Below are positions 27,501 to 28,818 of a stretch of 28,818 nucleotides of DNA, piece after piece; position 1 is the first letter of the stretch; each line of letters starts with the position of its first letter. Made by a program: the position numbers and the translations under genes. Origin of the DNA: a virus (Duplodnaviria > Caudoviricetes); the IMG/VR virus record IMGVR_UViG_3300032285_000182, positions 1 through 28,818 of that record; one strand, 5' to 3'. The notes beneath the pieces were generated by a model. The model saw nothing but the letters and a program-made list of their open reading frames with translations, made no database searches and had not been told where the DNA came from.

Positions 27501-28022
27501 TGCAAGAGAACCTTTACCAACAGATCCAGCTCCACTTTGAATTTGAACTGAATATACTGAATCATCAGTAATTAATACTTCATTAGCAGCAAAAGTTTTA
27601 GTTGTAGTATTTGTACCAGATACAGTATAGTTCAAATATAGTGTTGTTGGGTCGCTGGCTTCTGCGCTTTGACAAAGAGTAACTGTAGCCTTTACACCAG
27701 AGGTTTGACCAATTAAGGTTTTACCTTTTAAATTATTTAAAAATGTTTCAACTGCTACACTATTATACAAAGGTTGCAATTTTACATAATCTGCACCAGC
27801 TCCAGGCTGAGTACTGGTCTGAATAGATGCTTGTCCAGGGATAACCATAGCACCCTGTTTAAATATCGCATCTCCATGACGTTTAATTTGATTCTGCAGA
27901 ATACTCTGCATTTGAGTTAGTTCGCGAGCCTGAACCGCAAAAGATGGACGATAAAGAATACGATAAAACTTTTTGGCTTCATCATAATCATCATTATACG
28001 GTTCGGTATTGAAATCTAGCAT
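21576..28022 (-). CDS. Very large virion structural / baseplate protein, DUF4815 (VrlC-like)
   Basis: N-terminus FNTEPYNDDYD..K.FYRILYRP..AVQARELTQMQSILQNQI, APGAHRY, RRTYDESGDY, RYTMRDIGRLE.RI..LEYYTSL, GFVVDNF, DPLAQSF. Confidence 0.85.
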   Translation of the reverse strand: MLDFNTEPYNDDYDEAKKFYRILYRPSFAVQARELTQMQSILQNQIKRHGDAIFKQGAMVIPGQASIQTSTQPGAGADYVKLQPLYNSVAVETFLNNLKGKTLIGQTSGVKATVTLCQSAEASDPTTLYLNYTVSGTNTTTKTFAANEVLITDDSVYSVQIQSGAGSVGKGSLATVNQGVYYINGHFCLVDTQTIVLDKYTTTPTYRIGLNVSEEIITPEQDETLLDNAQNSYNYAAPGAHRYYIDLTLTKLGINSTSDSNFVELIRVTDGSIKTIVDKTQYSLLADEMARRTYDESGDYSVRGFDIDIREHRNNNRGTWAQNTAYLIGDIVTYNGITYTALNSATSVTTPPTHTTSSAYDGPGATGVNWQYDTAPAYNRGIYLNGNESQVAVGIEAGKAYVHGYEIEKTAVTYIPVDKARTYVQATASVVDTTVGNYVLVTNVNNLPKVEELAQVTLYNAITGSSNRGSPQGTIVGYARARYMEWHTGLPVGYSAIYKLGLFDVQMNPGYAFNTDVKCLAYTVPADANLNFTADISPVVTQLIGSVTASGTTITGTGTSFLTDLKVNDLVLIGGTGGSYRKVATVSAQGTITVDTSITVTGATIARCTTQILEADKTSLIFPLPYNAVRSMRTAGTGGTNNTTYYCYQKFTQTATGTSITLSTSGTFAPASEQTNYTVIDNDATSGGAIIVPDSISPSGSTCTIVVPSAQSGHSISVIAVVIRNGAGFEKTKTLTNTSEVFNTQITAQASTIYLDKPDLFKIVSIMMAPGAAWGSTPSSSAYTVDISDRFTVDNGQKTTYYDWASLTLNPSFAAPSNPFKVTYQYFEHGAGDYFDVNSYSNIDYKTISPTLRDSLDFRPRVANKSSGTSKNFVSTGSIVSAIPKRGQAATADYSYYLPRKDKIAVDINGNIFDITGVSSLTPGYPSDPDLGMVLYTLDLTAYTFSADATNISARKVDNKRYTMRDIGRLESRINNLEYYTSLSLLEQETQALKITDSSGLDRMKNGFVVDNFSGSKLANSKSQDYLCSIDMEQNQLRPFYSQYNVNLLEKYSNNSARASANYQLTGDIITLPYTTTALITQQYASRLENINPFAIFTFIGDVQLNPPSDDWFEVNRLPDIIQQVEGNYSTILNLAQRTGALGTVWNAWQTEWTGVSIAGPVQYNGAAAGYAAARGATGGNFSLNGGWGRYAGSYTVTQTTATQVGQSRSGIETKLALKTDYETVSDVTVSTAVIPYIRSRNILVQAHKLKPSTRFYPYFDGVDVSSYCTPAVKMIYTPSSGTFDYKTNVGGQASELKRRILGDAQMCLNAGDVISNGAGTASAVVVNVYIDANNAYCLSLVNIKGSFTKDDTISGSISSAQGVVVSVTTPTTLVTTAGGDVEFIFNIPQTDSVRFRTGKREFSLKDVSTYAGDYTSRGIATYEATGILNSTQKTVNAVRNGQIVTEQVSGNQTVWQDSTKTLGSGGVWYDPLAQSFLVQQKGGAFITSIDIFFATKDSSMPVTLQVREMVNGTPGKTILPFSVVTLRPEQVNLSANYVAMPDNSQRHSYDTPTRFTFESPVYLQDATEYCFVLQSDSNGYNVWVSYMGDQIPGSGRTISEQPYAGVMFKSQNASTWTADDNADIKFTINRAKFNTSVVGDVEFVNDVLPYDTLDNNPFETISGSNLVRVWHYDHGMPTGSTVDISAVNANDPGTGTITASTSSATVTGVGTAFTTELAVGSALYNSQDVLIGSVSAIASDTSLTLGSNAGVAVTGAAFQYVAPINGIPAVEIYTNHIISNVDMNCYTFSSTTSATTSGYTGGTLVKASRNVQFDIVNPYVQMQNFSDTTSTFSIKTTSGKSIDGSQTPNVIDSGFSPALRNQNNTFYSPRMICSESNENVLLSGNKSLTFAALISTTNDAVSPVIDTTRTSLIAVSNKLNSPTQSNTNLDPLDLSTAFSYSTGAFTFVSGGTITSTVSAVRTAMAGIGIGKYVTISGATTSGNNGTFLVTGFTDNGTTGTLTLNTTFTGEAAVSGTTVTTRILFADEIAPVGSSSISKYVTTPVKFANASTYMRVMISANIPAEANVAVYYKSCTGDASNLTPAKYILMTPDSSVVKVDNGNPTFSDITYTLTGMSSFDTIQVKLVMTSTNTSAVPIIKDFRLIACP

Positions 28023-28047
28023 TCTTTTACTCTTTAAGTTATTTGTT

Positions 28048-28055
28048 TATTTATG
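28048..28055 (-). promoter_or_regulatory. Putative late promoter CATAAATA upstream of the 2148-aa gene
   Basis: Plus strand tatttatg at 28048-28055 in a 33-nt intergenic gap. Confidence 0.55.
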
Positions 28056-28818
28056 TTAGAAATGTATAACAGTTCTTAGAGTCACGTTCTGATCAGCAGT
28101 AGGGGTAAAGGCTACTTTGTTGTCAATAAACAACATATGTCCAGAATATTTATCTGCGTTTGGAGGAGTTACACCAGATGCAGAAAAAGTATTTCCAGCA
28201 GCATTTAAAAATACATTACCAACAGCAGGAACTGCATTATCTAATGATTGTAATAAACAACCAGTTGTCGTAAGAGCAACAATCCTAAACAATGGACCAG
28301 TTGAAGAACCAAGATTAACTGCCATATCTTGGGTAAAATTAGTAGTATCAATATATGCAGTCACTACATAACAAGCAGAAGCAAGAGAACTTGCTAAGTT
28401 ACCATATGCACCAAATTGACGAGGGTTTTTAATAATACCCAATTGACGGAAGTCGTTATTTACAGTAAACCCTTGATTAGTATCTTTAGATACGTTACTG
28501 TAGAACATTAGGGTTTTAGCGAACATACCAGTAATTGGATCTTTACCGTGGCCACCAAATGGAGCCATTACACCACGAGCAACAGCACCTGTTCCCGAAC
28601 CCTGATCGAACGCAACTTTACACCAGCGATAACCAAGTCCATAGTTTGTAACTTCAATCTTTTTTATTGCTCCATTATACACATGAGCAGTAGCAGCAGC
28701 ACCTGTTCCATCACCAGTAATAGTTATAGGAAAATCTGAACCGTAACCATATCCACCAGAGATAACTGGATAAGCCATAATACGACCATCAGGTGTTAGT
28801 AGTTCAGTATTGGCTTGC
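28056..28818 (-). CDS. gp8: Baseplate wedge protein (T4 gp8-like), C-terminal part, 5' end outside the window
   Basis: GGHGKDP, NDFRQLGIIKNP and YSGHMLFIDN...DQNVTLRTVIHF match gp8-type C-termini. The frame stays open beyond 28778 to the window edge (QANTELLTPDGRI-MAYP). Confidence 0.8.
   Translation of the reverse strand, partial: QANTELLTPDGRIMAYPVISGGYGYGSDFPITITGDGTGAAATAHVYNGAIKKIEVTNYGLGYRWCKVAFDQGSGTGAVARGVMAPFGGHGKDPITGMFAKTLMFYSNVSKDTNQGFTVNNDFRQLGIIKNPRQFGAYGNLASSLASACYVVTAYIDTTNFTQDMAVNLGSSTGPLFRIVALTTTGCLLQSLDNAVPAVGNVFLNAAGNTFSASGVTPPNADKYSGHMLFIDNKVAFTPTADQNVTLRTVIHF

Noticed and set aside
1-28818. tRNA, rRNA, introns, inteins or homing endonucleases
   Set aside because: Intergenic gaps are all under about 80 nt with no cloverleaf. 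gp17 and the other core genes are uninterrupted, and I saw no HNH, GIY-YIG or LAGLIDADG motifs.

Overview
A late (virion morphogenesis) region of a T4-like myophage of the aquatic cyanophage/pelagiphage-like type, with every credible gene on the minus strand. In transcription order (right to left): a gp8-like baseplate wedge gene (5' end outside the window), a 2148-aa DUF4815/VrlC-like structural protein, a small conserved protein, an inserted five-gene cassette, two small adaptor-like genes, five large fibre/structural genes, neck gp13 and gp14, tail terminator gp15, large terminase gp17 and the start of tail sheath gp18. There is no gp16 between gp15 and gp17. The most unusual element is the cassette at 16487-21326. 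It encodes a tail-fibre-like protein ending in an Asn-Cys-repeat tail (...QNCHNCNCNCNC*), an uncharacterised 293-aa protein, a radical SAM/SPASM enzyme behind a perfect T4 late promoter (TATAAATA), a translationally coupled 95-aa protein and a PP-loop (asparagine-synthetase-like) ATPase. I infer a RiPP-like system that post-translationally modifies a virion fibre tip. Product calls come from motif recognition and synteny only; no database search was run.
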